DNA of 44,776 nucleotides, from the sequence record NC_073075; one strand, given 5' to 3'. The notes under the pieces were generated by a model that was not told the DNA's origin, did not search any database, and saw nothing but the letters and a program-made list of their open reading frames with translations. Source of the stretch: Escherichia phage ZCEC10. The translations under genes and the position numbers were made by a program. The first letter of the stretch is position 1. Each line of letters opens with the position of its first letter. This document shows, one piece after another, positions 8,063 through 17,385 of the stretch.

Positions 8063-8089
8063 CAGCCTGCCGATTTGGTGGGCTTTTTT
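8063..8089 (+). terminator. Putative rho-independent terminator
   Basis: Imperfect stem agcctgcc/ggtgggct followed by TTTTTT. Confidence 0.45.
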
Positions 8090-8094
8090 GTGCC

Positions 8095-8103
8095 TGTTAT
8101 AAT
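8095..8103 (+). promoter_or_regulatory. Possible extended -10 promoter element (TGtTATAAT) upstream of terminase small subunit
   Basis: TGTTATAAT at 8095..8103 about 70 nt upstream of the ATG at 8174. Confidence 0.35.
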
Positions 8104-8173
8104 CCCAATTAGATGGCAGGGCCGTCTCCTATGTTGCCGATGGTCGGCGCATATGCACAAAAGGGCTTATATC

Positions 8174-8725
8174 ATGGCAGAAATCAAAGTTAAGGGCCGA
8201 CGCGCCAAACTGGACGGACGAGTGGCAGTAACCCCGCGCCGTAAACCAGGCGAGCAAACAGAACATACCAATCTCGGACCTGAGATCGAATATGGCAAGC
8301 GTCGTAAAGGCGGCAAATGTGGGCGCCCTACTGACTACCGATCCGTTTACTGCGACCAGCTTCGCCGCTATTTTGCCGACGCCGACGCCTGGCAGGTAAA
8401 CTACTCCGATAAAGGCGCTGCGCAAGTAATCCCCCGCAACAAAATGCCAACCTTCGGTCGATTTGCCGCGGAAATCGGCGTGGGCGTAGCTTGCCTGTAT
8501 CGCTGGGCGCGTGCGCATGAGGAGTTCGCCGAGGCGATGGCGGACGCTATGGAGTTGCAGAAAACATTCCTGATGGAAGCTGGCGGCGTGACCATCGCGG
8601 CAGGCTTCGCTACGTTCCTACTTAAAGCCAACCACGGCGTCCGCGATGATGTTCCACTGGATGACGACGAAGATGATAACGGCGACGTCGTTGTGGAACC
8701 TACCGGCAAAGGCCAGGGTGAGTAA
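8174..8725 (+). CDS. Terminase small subunit
   Basis: 183 aa directly upstream of and overlapping the large terminase; HTH-like segment PTFGRFAAEIGVGVACLYRWARAHEEFAEA; acidic C-terminus. Confidence 0.6.
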   Translation: MAEIKVKGRRAKLDGRVAVTPRRKPGEQTEHTNLGPEIEYGKRRKGGKCGRPTDYRSVYCDQLRRYFADADAWQVNYSDKGAAQVIPRNKMPTFGRFAAEIGVGVACLYRWARAHEEFAEAMADAMELQKTFLMEAGGVTIAAGFATFLLKANHGVRDDVPLDDDEDDNGDVVVEPTGKGQGE

Positions 8726-10110
8726 TGCGTAACTATGCGGCAGAACATCGCGCCCTTGAACGAGCGATCGCAAAGCGAAACCGACCGCCGCGCCCGACAC
8801 GCGTTGCGCAGGCAGTCCGCCTTTACCAGCCTGATTGCCTTCCCCACCAGGTTGAACTACTGCGCGACACGAAGACTAAAATCCTCGGCCTGTGTTCCGG
8901 CTTCGGTGGCGGCAAGTCATGGGTTGCGGCGAGAAAGGTCATCCAGCTTCTGACACTGAACCCTGGTCATGACGGCATCGTGACCGAGCCGACTATCCCA
9001 CTCCTGGTTAAAATCATGTACCCGGAATTGGAAAAGGCGTTTGACGAGGCTGGCTTCCGGTGGAAGTTCAATAAGCAGGACAAGATTTATAGCGTTCTGG
9101 TGAAAGGAAAATGGACCCGCGTTATCTGCGAGTCAATGGAGAACTACACCCGCCTAATCGGGGTTAACGCCGCGTGGATTGTTGCCGATGAATTCGATAC
9201 CACGAAGCAAGACGTCGCGATGGCGGCATATCACAAATTGCTTGGTCGTCTGCGTGCTGGCTTGGTGCGCCAGTTCGTCATCGTGTCCACGCCTGAAGGC
9301 TTCCGGGCGATGTACCAGATTTTCGAAGTGGAGAAGGATAGCCAGAAGCGTTTGATCCGGGCGAAGACTACCGATAATCACCACTTACCGGCAGACTTCA
9401 TCGACACGCTGCGCAGTCAGTACCCGGCTAACCTGATTGATGCGTACCTGAACGGCCTGTTTGTCAACCTTACGTCTGGCGCGGTGTACAAGATGTTCAA
9501 CCGGGAGGAGAACGCCAGCACCGAAGAAGTGCAGCCGGAAGACACGCTGATTATCGGTATGGACTTTAACGTCACGAAAATGGCGGCGGTCGTGTACGTC
9601 CGACGGCAGCGCATCACCGAAAACAAGGAGTTCCGCGACGAGATACACGCAGTGGATGAATTTGTGGACCTGTTTGACACCCCGGCTATGATTGAGGCGA
9701 TCGAGGAGCGCTACCCCGATCATTGTGCTGCCGGTCGGGTCGTCGTTTACCCGGATAGCAGCGGCAAGTCCCGCAAGACTGTCAACGCATCGTCGTCAGA
9801 TATCGCACAACTGGAAGACGCGGGCTTCGAGGTGGAGTACGACAGCGTTAACCCACCTGTGAAAGACCGATTGATCGCGATGAATACGATGATGTGCAAC
9901 TCGAAGGGCGTGCGCCAGTATTTTGTCAACCTGGATAAATGCCCTACACTAGCGAAATGCCTGGAACAGCAGGTTTACGACCTGAAGAAAGGCGAGCCGG
10001 ATAAAACCGCTGGGGTGGACCACATGAACGATGCCGCGGGCTATCCAATTGCGCACCTGTTCCCAGTAATTCGTCCGATCGCCGTTGTTCCAACTGTAGA
10101 CTTCTACTAA
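8725..10110 (+). CDS. Terminase large subunit
   Basis: 461 aa; Walker A-like LCSGFGGGKSW, ATPase and nuclease layout, position between terS and portal. Confidence 0.9.
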   Translation: MRNYAAEHRALERAIAKRNRPPRPTRVAQAVRLYQPDCLPHQVELLRDTKTKILGLCSGFGGGKSWVAARKVIQLLTLNPGHDGIVTEPTIPLLVKIMYPELEKAFDEAGFRWKFNKQDKIYSVLVKGKWTRVICESMENYTRLIGVNAAWIVADEFDTTKQDVAMAAYHKLLGRLRAGLVRQFVIVSTPEGFRAMYQIFEVEKDSQKRLIRAKTTDNHHLPADFIDTLRSQYPANLIDAYLNGLFVNLTSGAVYKMFNREENASTEEVQPEDTLIIGMDFNVTKMAAVVYVRRQRITENKEFRDEIHAVDEFVDLFDTPAMIEAIEERYPDHCAAGRVVVYPDSSGKSRKTVNASSSDIAQLEDAGFEVEYDSVNPPVKDRLIAMNTMMCNSKGVRQYFVNLDKCPTLAKCLEQQVYDLKKGEPDKTAGVDHMNDAAGYPIAHLFPVIRPIAVVPTVDFY

Positions 10111-10121
10111 GGAAAACGACC

Positions 10122-11642
10122 ATGACCGTTAACGTTGACAACCAGCACCCACTATATGCGCGCATCGCGCCAGAGTGGAAGATGATTCGTGACTGTGTAG
10201 CAGGCGAGCGCGCCGTGAAGGCGTGTGGTCCTTTGTACCTGCCTCATCCCGCCAGTGGCGATAACACTGACCCGAAAGCACGGGCGCGGTATAAGGCGTA
10301 CAAGCAACGCGCTGTATTCCTGAACGCCACCGCCCGCACACTTAACGCGCTGTTAGGCGTTGCCTTTGCTAAACCGGTAAGTCTGGACCTTTCCGGGGCG
10401 ATGGCTGACCTGATTGACGACGTAGACGGCAGTGGTATGCCGCTGCCGCAACTCCTGCGCGGTGCTATGTCGGAAGTGCTGCAATCAGGCCGTGCGGGCT
10501 TTATGGTTGACTACGACCGCCAGGCGCATTTTGATGAACTGGGTAACGTAGTGCCGCAGACAGCCGCCGAGATGGCGTCACACCGCCCGCTTATCCGCTT
10601 ATATACGGCAGAACAGATCATCAACTGGCGGCAGACCCACGGCGTCGATACGCTGATTGTTCTGAAGGAAACGGACGAAATCAGCACCGAAGACCCGGAC
10701 GACTTCGCAAACCACGAAGTAACAATCTGGACCGAGCTTCGCATGATTAACGGTGCGGCACACGCCCGCCGCTGGTTTTATAATGCGGACACGTCCGAGG
10801 TGCAAATGGACTTGCCGCGGGGGTTTACCCGTACCGATCTTGTGCCGCTGGTGGATGCCGCCGGTAAGGCGCTGACACAACTCCCGTTTTGCTGGTGTGG
10901 TGCGGTGGACAACAACGCAACGCCGGACGCCGCGCCGCTGGCTGATATTGCGTCCATCAACATTAAGCACTACAACGCCGAAGCGGACGTCGCCGAGATT
11001 GCGCACATAGTGGGCCAACCAACCCTGGTTGCGACGGGCTTGACTCAATCATGGGCGGACAAAAACCTGAAAGGCGGCATCGCGCTCGGTGCGACTAAGG
11101 GCGTTATCCTGGGCCAGAACATGGACGCTAAACTGATCCAGGCGGAGGAGCGCAACTTGTCGGTTGCACTGTGTGAGCGTCGCGAATTGCAAATGGCTAA
11201 ACTTGGTGCGGCCCTGGTTGAGAAGGGGACTGCACCTAAGACGGCAACTGAAGCGGCCTACGATGCGCAGACTGATAACAGTATCTTGTCCCTGATTGCC
11301 GGTAACGTTGAGAAGGCTTTCAACCGCGCGTTGCAAATCGTCCAGCTATTCACGGGAGACACCGCCGACCAGCGTGTGACGCTGAATAAGTTCTACACCG
11401 AAATCACGGTTGATGCGCAGCTTATGACCGCGATGATGTCGGGGGTGCAGACTGGCACGGTCCGCCTGGCCGATTTCATCAAGTGGATGATGGCGCAGGG
11501 CGTCATCGACGACTCGCAAACCGTCGAGCAGGTGGAAGACGAATTGCGAAATCAGAATCCATTGCCTCAAATGTCCCCTGATGCGGTAGAATCTACCGAA
11601 GAAGACCCGGACAAGGTAGCGGACAATGGCGAAGACAATTAA
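10122..11642 (+). CDS. Portal protein
   Basis: 506 aa immediately after terminase, acidic C-terminus. Confidence 0.8.
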   Translation: MTVNVDNQHPLYARIAPEWKMIRDCVAGERAVKACGPLYLPHPASGDNTDPKARARYKAYKQRAVFLNATARTLNALLGVAFAKPVSLDLSGAMADLIDDVDGSGMPLPQLLRGAMSEVLQSGRAGFMVDYDRQAHFDELGNVVPQTAAEMASHRPLIRLYTAEQIINWRQTHGVDTLIVLKETDEISTEDPDDFANHEVTIWTELRMINGAAHARRWFYNADTSEVQMDLPRGFTRTDLVPLVDAAGKALTQLPFCWCGAVDNNATPDAAPLADIASINIKHYNAEADVAEIAHIVGQPTLVATGLTQSWADKNLKGGIALGATKGVILGQNMDAKLIQAEERNLSVALCERRELQMAKLGAALVEKGTAPKTATEAAYDAQTDNSILSLIAGNVEKAFNRALQIVQLFTGDTADQRVTLNKFYTEITVDAQLMTAMMSGVQTGTVRLADFIKWMMAQGVIDDSQTVEQVEDELRNQNPLPQMSPDAVESTEEDPDKVADNGEDN

Positions 11643-12729
11643 TCAATATATGGCGGATCGAATGATTCGCCGGCACATCTTCACCCAGCGCCTGAGCAAT
11701 GACCAGGCGCGGAGGGTGCTGGCTATGTGGGAGAAGTTCCGGCCCACGTTACTGGGTAAGCTGACCGAGTTACTTGATGGCAAAAAGTCCATGAACAACA
11801 AGGCACTTACCACACTATTAACGCAACTCGACAAGACCGTAAAAACGGAACTGCGCGCCGAGTTTAAAGTGCTGGCGGAGCGCCTTCAGGAGTTCGCCGA
11901 CACCGAGGCTGATTATCTCGCTGACACACTAACGGCAGCGATCCAGCCCGTTGTCGCCGTACCCGCTGTTGAAGTAGTTGGCGTTGTTACCGGCGCGCAG
12001 ATTGCAGCGACGGCAATGAAAAACCCGTTCCAGGGTAATACTATGATGCAATGGCCTGATTCCCTTTCCGAGTGGACCAGGACGCAGATCGGCAATCAGG
12101 TGCGCGCCGGATTCATCCAGGGCAAGCCAACGATGGAAATTATCGCGGACGTGAGGCGCGCGCTCGGCGGTCGTAGTGCGCAAGCAATCTCAAGCGTTGT
12201 TAAGTCCGCGGTCAACCACTATGCGGCGACCGCCCGCGAATTAATGGTAAAAGCTAATGACGATATTCTCGAAGGTCGCCAATGGTTGGCTACATTGGAC
12301 ACGCATACTTCTCCCATGTGCCAGCTACGCGATCGCCTGTTTTATCCGGTTGATGTTACTCCCGACACCAAAGGCAAGCGCGGCGGGAAAGTGGTGGCTG
12401 GATCACAATATGGCGCTGGTCCGGGCAAGCTGCATTATTGCTGCCGTTCGACGGAGACGTGGACAGTTAAGGGCATGGAAGATTGGCCCAGTGGTAAGCG
12501 TCCGGCACTGAAGGCTGAAGCGGGCAGATTGCTGAGTGAGCAGGTCGACGCGCAGACTGATTTCTTCTCATGGGTGCAGCGCCAGCCGCGCCATATTCTG
12601 GAGGAATTATATGGAGTGCAGCGCGCCGACCAGATTATGCGCGGCGTGAAAGTGCCGAAGATGTTCACTGACACCGGCGAACTGATGACTATTGCACAGC
12701 TTAAAAACCGGGGGTTATGGCGTGATTAA
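11626..12729 (+). CDS. Head morphogenesis / minor capsid protein (Mu F / SPP1 gp7-like)
   Basis: 367 aa following portal with start overlapping portal stop. Confidence 0.7.
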   Translation: MAKTINQYMADRMIRRHIFTQRLSNDQARRVLAMWEKFRPTLLGKLTELLDGKKSMNNKALTTLLTQLDKTVKTELRAEFKVLAERLQEFADTEADYLADTLTAAIQPVVAVPAVEVVGVVTGAQIAATAMKNPFQGNTMMQWPDSLSEWTRTQIGNQVRAGFIQGKPTMEIIADVRRALGGRSAQAISSVVKSAVNHYAATARELMVKANDDILEGRQWLATLDTHTSPMCQLRDRLFYPVDVTPDTKGKRGGKVVAGSQYGAGPGKLHYCCRSTETWTVKGMEDWPSGKRPALKAEAGRLLSEQVDAQTDFFSWVQRQPRHILEELYGVQRADQIMRGVKVPKMFTDTGELMTIAQLKNRGLWRD

Positions 12730-13051
12730 ATATGCAGCGATTGGACTGGTTATCGGTCTGGCGGTAGGATTCTGGCTGGGTGACTCCTATCGCGCTGGCG
12801 TAGTGGCGGAGGCGGCGCAAGAAGCGCAAGCCAAAGCCCAACGGCAGCAAACTAAAGTTGTTGAGCGCTCCGTGCAGGCAGAACAAGCCCGCGACGTGGA
12901 ATACCGGACTATCACGAAAGAGGTTGTTAAATATGTTACGCGCCCTAACCGCCCTGATTGTAGTTTTGATGCTGAGCGCGTGCGGATCAAGCAACGTGCC
13001 GTTGATGCCGCTAACGGAGTCGGCACTGCGACCGCCGTGCAAGTTCGATAA
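12722..13051 (+). CDS. i-spanin (Rz-like); start uncertain (GTG 12722 or TTG 12692)
   Basis: N-terminal TM AAIGLVIGLAVGFWLG followed by a charged coiled-coil region; contains an embedded out-of-frame lipoprotein gene. Confidence 0.5.
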   Translation: MIKYAAIGLVIGLAVGFWLGDSYRAGVVAEAAQEAQAKAQRQQTKVVERSVQAEQARDVEYRTITKEVVKYVTRPNRPDCSFDAERVRIKQRAVDAANGVGTATAVQVR

Positions 13052-13163
13052 CCCGTCCGCAGACCCCGACGAGGATTTGATGATTGACGTGAAAAATATG
13101 GAATGCGGGGCGAAGCTGAGGGCGCAGGTCCTGGAGTTGCAGCAAATAATTAAGGGGCCGTAA
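12933..13163 (+). CDS. o-spanin (Rz1-like lipoprotein) embedded in/overlapping the i-spanin gene
   Basis: 76 aa, signal peptide with lipobox LSAC, Pro-rich mature part; RBS AAAGAGG. Confidence 0.55.
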   Translation: MLRALTALIVVLMLSACGSSNVPLMPLTESALRPPCKFDNPSADPDEDLMIDVKNMECGAKLRAQVLELQQIIKGP

Positions 13164-13177
13164 TGGCCCCCTTTTGT
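13153..13177. terminator. Bidirectional rho-independent terminator between convergent genes
   Basis: Stem ggggcc/ggcccc with loop gtaat, AT-rich on both flanks. Confidence 0.7.
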
Positions 13178-13941
13178 TAGCGCGGAATACCGCAGATTTC
13201 GTTTAACGTCTTCACGTCCAGCGCCACCGCCGTGGACTTCAGCTTATCCGGGTATGGAATAAACTGTTCAACTTCAGGCCATGCTTTGATCAGCTTCTTA
13301 TCGGTATTGTGCATATCCAGCACGCCGGTAACAGTAAGTTTGAACGCGTCATACTTAGCTCGCAAATCGCGGCGGGCCTTGTCGTTACGGTCTAGTCGCT
13401 TGCAGAAATCGTGGTCCGCTGGGTAGTCTACACGACCGCGCGGAAGATATATCGGCAGCGCTTTCCCGTCCTCGTCGACTTCGCACACTGACGCGAGCAT
13501 AACTGTCTCGAACCCCGGAACGATATCGCCGAGATCAGGAGCGAGCTTATCCATATATTTCTCTTCCCAGTACCCGCGACGTACTCGGAATCGGTGTCCG
13601 TCTCCGCTCAATGACAGTGTGCGCACATTTCCGCCTGCGTTGATTTCGAAAGTGGCGTCGTAAACGCTGCCGATGCCTTTTGGGCGGTCGGCGTTATAAC
13701 TATACGTCGCCTTGTTGGTGTATACGCATACTCCGTACATCTGCGACGGGTCATCGCCGATTGCTTCAATGCGCGCGAGTAGCTCGGCGAATGTGCGAAT
13801 GCCTTCCGGCATACAGTCCAGCGTAATGTCATACGCCAGGTCGCGTGAGTCCATCATTATTGATTTGGCTTCGGTCGCGATTTCGTGGTCGCGCAGGATG
13901 TTAGCCAGAATCTGGTTTTTAATGTCTTTCGTCAGTCTCAT
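13177..13941 (-). CDS. Hypothetical protein (254 aa), antisense island within the head module
   Basis: Long clean ORF on the minus strand; no recognisable motifs. Confidence 0.7.
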   Translation of the reverse strand: MRLTKDIKNQILANILRDHEIATEAKSIMMDSRDLAYDITLDCMPEGIRTFAELLARIEAIGDDPSQMYGVCVYTNKATYSYNADRPKGIGSVYDATFEINAGGNVRTLSLSGDGHRFRVRRGYWEEKYMDKLAPDLGDIVPGFETVMLASVCEVDEDGKALPIYLPRGRVDYPADHDFCKRLDRNDKARRDLRAKYDAFKLTVTGVLDMHNTDKKLIKAWPEVEQFIPYPDKLKSTAVALDVKTLNEICGIPR

Positions 13942-13980
13942 TTGTGTGTCCTCGTGGTGGGGGCTTTCGCCCCGTTTGGT

Positions 13981-14295
13981 TTAGTTAAACTTGATGTTGC
14001 CGCCGGTGGAAGTTAAGCGAGCGCATACAGCTTCAACGGCATCGACGCACATGAAATCGTTAAAGGCTTCTACCAGGGCTTTGATGAAAGATGCCGGAAC
14101 CAGACCGCAAGCCGGATTGTCGAAGGTTGCAGAATTGATTGCGGCCTTCGCGGCTTCAGTAGCGTTCATGCTCTGGCACAGATTCAACGCTTCGGCGTTA
14201 CGCATTGCGTGAAAGGTAAAGGTATTGGCTACGGTAGCTTTATTGAAACGGGTCATTGCTACGTCTACTGGAGTTGCTACGGTCATGTTAGTCAT
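13981..14295 (-). CDS. Hypothetical protein (104 aa), first gene of the antisense island
   Basis: ATG at 14295 with AAGGAAAA RBS; the longer track ORF extending to 14748 is an N-terminal shadow over the scaffold gene. Confidence 0.55.
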   Translation of the reverse strand: MTNMTVATPVDVAMTRFNKATVANTFTFHAMRNAEALNLCQSMNATEAAKAAINSATFDNPACGLVPASFIKALVEAFNDFMCVDAVEAVCARLTSTGGNIKFN

Positions 14296-14330
14296 TTTGT
14301 TTTCCTTCATATCTCTGTTGGTGTGCAACC

Positions 14331-14359
14331 AATATATGCAACCAATACGAGGATTGCAA
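14331..14359 (-). promoter_or_regulatory. Sigma70-like promoter for the antisense island (TTGCAA-17-TATATT, minus strand)
   Basis: Minus-strand -35 TTGCAA (14354..14359), 17-nt spacer containing ATTGGTTGCA, -10 TATATT (14331..14336). Confidence 0.5.
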
Positions 14360-14449
14360 GCGAATTTTGCGATTATTTTTATCGCTGATAATATTAGAAG
14401 CGTGAAGTCGAGCGGGTGGCCCGCTCTGCCACAATCCCAGGGGGATAGC

Positions 14450-15154
14450 ATGAAACTTACTAAAGCAGAATATGACGCGTTGCCGGAAGGTATGAAGGCG
14501 CTTTTTGTTGCCGATGGCGACGGGTATAAATCAACGTTCATGACCGCAGAAGAAGTACAGGCGGAAATTAAGGGTCTGAAAGACAACAACGCGAAGCTGG
14601 TGAGCGAGAAGAAAGCAGAAGCCGAACGCCGCGCAGAAGCTGAGCGCCTTGCGAAAGAGAAAGAGGAAGCCGCCGCGCGCAAAAATGGCGACCTCGAAGC
14701 GATCGACAAGTCCTGGAAAGATAAGTTTGCGAAACACGAAGCAGACACATCGGGAAAAATCGAAGCCTACCGCAAGCAGATCCACGATCTAACCATCGGC
14801 AGCGCTGCCAAAGACCTGGCGTCGAAGCTGTTCGGTAAGAATGCGGGCATCATGCAACGCCACGTAATGGACCGCCTGACGCTGGAAGACGGCGAAGACG
14901 GCAGCTTGAAAGTGCGAGTATTGCAGGATGGCAAACCGTCCGCGCTGACTATGGAAGAGCTGGAAAAAGAGTTCCGTAATAACGCCGATTTTGCATCCGT
15001 CCTGGCTGGCACGCCAGCAGGCGGCGCGCCTAGCAAACCGACGCAGGTTGTCGAAGATGTGAAGTCGAAAATTACGATGGGCCATAGCTTCGGTATCACC
15101 GATCTCACCAAACAGGCGGGGGATATCATCGCGAAGATGGGCGACGACGAGTAA
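14450..15154 (+). CDS. Scaffolding-like protein
   Basis: 234 aa, Ala/Glu/Lys-rich coiled coil, directly upstream of major capsid gene; RBS AGGGGG. Confidence 0.6.
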   Translation: MKLTKAEYDALPEGMKALFVADGDGYKSTFMTAEEVQAEIKGLKDNNAKLVSEKKAEAERRAEAERLAKEKEEAAARKNGDLEAIDKSWKDKFAKHEADTSGKIEAYRKQIHDLTIGSAAKDLASKLFGKNAGIMQRHVMDRLTLEDGEDGSLKVRVLQDGKPSALTMEELEKEFRNNADFASVLAGTPAGGAPSKPTQVVEDVKSKITMGHSFGITDLTKQAGDIIAKMGDDE

Positions 15155-15251
15155 GCAGATCGCCCGCTTTCGCGGGCGATTTTGCTAGCGCGGAAATCTA
15201 AGGTAACATTAACGTCACTGGGCGAATGCTCACAACTCAAAGGATTTCGAT

Positions 15252-16352
15252 ATGTCTTTAACAGTGTTCCAGCGTAAACTCGTTACCGCGGTTACGCAAA
15301 TGATCCCCGACAACCTGAACGTTTTCAACGCCGCCGCCAATGGCGCTGTTGTTCTCGGTACTGGTGAAGTGCTGAAGGACGTTATTGAGAAAATGTCCGT
15401 AGGCTTGATCGCCAACCTCGTTACCGACCGTAACGCCTACGCCCCTGTTGGCACTCCGGCAACCGCGAAAGTGCTGGCGCGTATGCTGACCAACTCGGTT
15501 AACCTTTCCGCAAAAGTGGGTCCGGTAGCAATCACTAAGGCTATGATGGCTAAGATCGAAACCAACGTTAACAGCGTTGCGGCTGAGATCGCGGCACAGG
15601 CTACTCAAGCGATTATGCTGCACTACCTGAAAGCTGGTATCGGCGCAAGTAAAGCGGCGATCGAAAGCAACGCAGCGGCAAAATACACCCAACCGGCGCG
15701 CGTTGACGGCGTTGGCGGTCGTACCTTCCCGACCCTGGCAGACTTCCCGCTGGCGGCTTCTAAGTTCGGCGATCAGGCGTCTTTGATTAAGTCCTGGTTT
15801 ATGGACGGCGTTACCTGGGCAAACTTCATTGCGTACCAGGCACTCCCTTCCGCTGAACAGGTATTCGCAATTGGCGATCTCCAGGTAATGGGTGATGGCC
15901 TGGGCCGTCGCTTCATTATCTCCGATGCCGCTGCCGATGCTATGGGGGCTGGTAACATGCTGGGTCTGGTCCCTGGCGCGGTTGCAGTTACCACCAACGG
16001 CCTCGATATGCTGGCGCAGGAGAAAGGCGGTAACGAGAACATCGAGCGCTGGTGGCAGGGCGAGTTCGACTTCAACGTGGCTGTTAAAGGCTACCGTCTG
16101 AAGGCGTCCGCTCGTACCCCGATCGAAGGCGTCCGCTCGTTCAAGCTGGACGATATCACCACTTCCGCTAACTGGGAGCTGGACCAGGGCCAGGTAGACA
16201 ACGCACCGGCAACCGTTCAGGATGTTGGCGCTGTGGGTGACGGCGATACTAAAGGCCGTCGTAAGACCCAGGCCGCACAGGCAGTGCCTACCCGCCACAT
16301 CAAGGAAACCGCTGGTGTACTGGTTACGCTGACGGCGACCACAGCGTCCTGA
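15252..16352 (+). CDS. Major capsid protein
   Basis: 366 aa after the scaffold gene, followed by a strong terminator; the antisense ORF 15258..16361 is a shadow. Confidence 0.75.
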   Translation: MSLTVFQRKLVTAVTQMIPDNLNVFNAAANGAVVLGTGEVLKDVIEKMSVGLIANLVTDRNAYAPVGTPATAKVLARMLTNSVNLSAKVGPVAITKAMMAKIETNVNSVAAEIAAQATQAIMLHYLKAGIGASKAAIESNAAAKYTQPARVDGVGGRTFPTLADFPLAASKFGDQASLIKSWFMDGVTWANFIAYQALPSAEQVFAIGDLQVMGDGLGRRFIISDAAADAMGAGNMLGLVPGAVAVTTNGLDMLAQEKGGNENIERWWQGEFDFNVAVKGYRLKASARTPIEGVRSFKLDDITTSANWELDQGQVDNAPATVQDVGAVGDGDTKGRRKTQAAQAVPTRHIKETAGVLVTLTATTAS

Positions 16353-16372
16353 TCTACGCACATCCCAAATGG

Positions 16373-16396
16373 GCGGGCTTATGCCCGCCTTTTTTA
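16373..16396 (+). terminator. Rho-independent terminator after the capsid gene
   Basis: Stem ggcgggc/gcccgcc, loop ttat, followed by TTTTTT. Confidence 0.75.
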
Positions 16397-16410
16397 TAGG
16401 AGCAAATAAG

Positions 16411-16911
16411 ATGTATGGCGACCCGCAAACCTTTGTTGTTTATGCCGCTGCGCGAGGCGTTGAAATTACGCAGAGCGACGCAACGCGACACCTTACCATT
16501 GTTAATGACTTCCTTAACGGCATCGACTGGATCGGCGAACAAGCGGACCCGACCGGAATTGACGCATGGCCCCGCGTCAACTACCCGTCAGACGGTAAGC
16601 CGGTGCAAAACACGCTTACTGAAGATTTGGCAGTAGTTCCCGCTGGGCAGATTGTAGACTTCGCATCAATCCCTGTTGCCGTTGAACAAGCCGTTTACCG
16701 GCTGGCAATGTTGGTGGCGGACGATGTTGATATTTCTCCGATCGGAGACGGTAAGGAGACTATCCGCGAAACTGTAGGCCCGATCACGATGGAATATGAC
16801 CCGGCGTCGATTGGTAGCGGGGTGTCGTTCCCGTGGTGGGATGGCTTGTTAGGCCACTGGGTTGATTCAGGCGGCAACGCCGCAGGCAATTTCGACGTAT
16901 TCAGGGGGTAA
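16411..16911 (+). CDS. Head-tail adaptor/connector-like protein
   Basis: 166 aa immediately after the capsid gene. Confidence 0.5.
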   Translation: MYGDPQTFVVYAAARGVEITQSDATRHLTIVNDFLNGIDWIGEQADPTGIDAWPRVNYPSDGKPVQNTLTEDLAVVPAGQIVDFASIPVAVEQAVYRLAMLVADDVDISPIGDGKETIRETVGPITMEYDPASIGSGVSFPWWDGLLGHWVDSGGNAAGNFDVFRG

Positions 16912-16912
16912 T

Positions 16913-17044
16913 ATGAATCCTGCATTACTGGCGGCTATTATCGCCGCAAATACTAAACAGCCGACGGAACAAGAACCGGATCCAGAACCAGTACCAGTAC
17001 CAGTACCACCGGCACAGGAGAGCGAAGAAGATGGCGGGCTTTAA
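16913..17044 (+). CDS. Hypothetical small Pro/Glu-rich protein (43 aa)
   Basis: Short ORF between head-tail genes; low confidence. Confidence 0.3.
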   Translation: MNPALLAAIIAANTKQPTEQEPDPEPVPVPVPPAQESEEDGGL

Positions 17045-17384
17045 TTACGCGGGATTAAAGCGGAAAGTGAATCCGCTGATTAAAAAATTCGGCATGACCG
17101 TTATGGTTACGCGTCCTGGGTCTGTTGACCGCGTAGACGGCGAAGAAGTTGTCATCCCACCGACCTCGTTTGATGTCATCGGTCTTCGCGAGGAGTACAA
17201 GCCTAGCGAGATCGACGGAACGCGTATCGTTGCCGGTGATGTGAAGTTTTTATGTCGGGCGGTTGAGCAATTGCGGGTGGGCGACCTTGTTAACCTGAAC
17301 GGCACTGACTACCGGGTCGTCAACCCGAACCCACTGCAACCGGCAGGCACTACCATGCTGTTTCAACTACAGCTAAGGGGCTAA
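17031..17384 (+). CDS. Head-tail joining / head closure protein
   Basis: 117 aa in the neck gene block. Confidence 0.5.
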   Translation: MAGFNYAGLKRKVNPLIKKFGMTVMVTRPGSVDRVDGEEVVIPPTSFDVIGLREEYKPSEIDGTRIVAGDVKFLCRAVEQLRVGDLVNLNGTDYRVVNPNPLQPAGTTMLFQLQLRG

Positions 17385-17385
17385 C

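Noticed and set aside
13981-14748. Full-length 255-aa minus-strand ORF overlapping the scaffold gene
   Set aside because: Only the C-terminal 104 aa (from the ATG at 14295 with RBS) is plausible; the N-terminal part is low-complexity Ser/Ala/Arg antisense to the scaffold gene and overlaps the promoter region.
15258-16361. 367-aa minus-strand ORF exactly antisense to the major capsid gene
   Set aside because: Cys/Arg/His-rich composition typical of an antisense shadow in GC-rich coding sequence; the plus-strand ORF fits gene order and is followed by a terminator.
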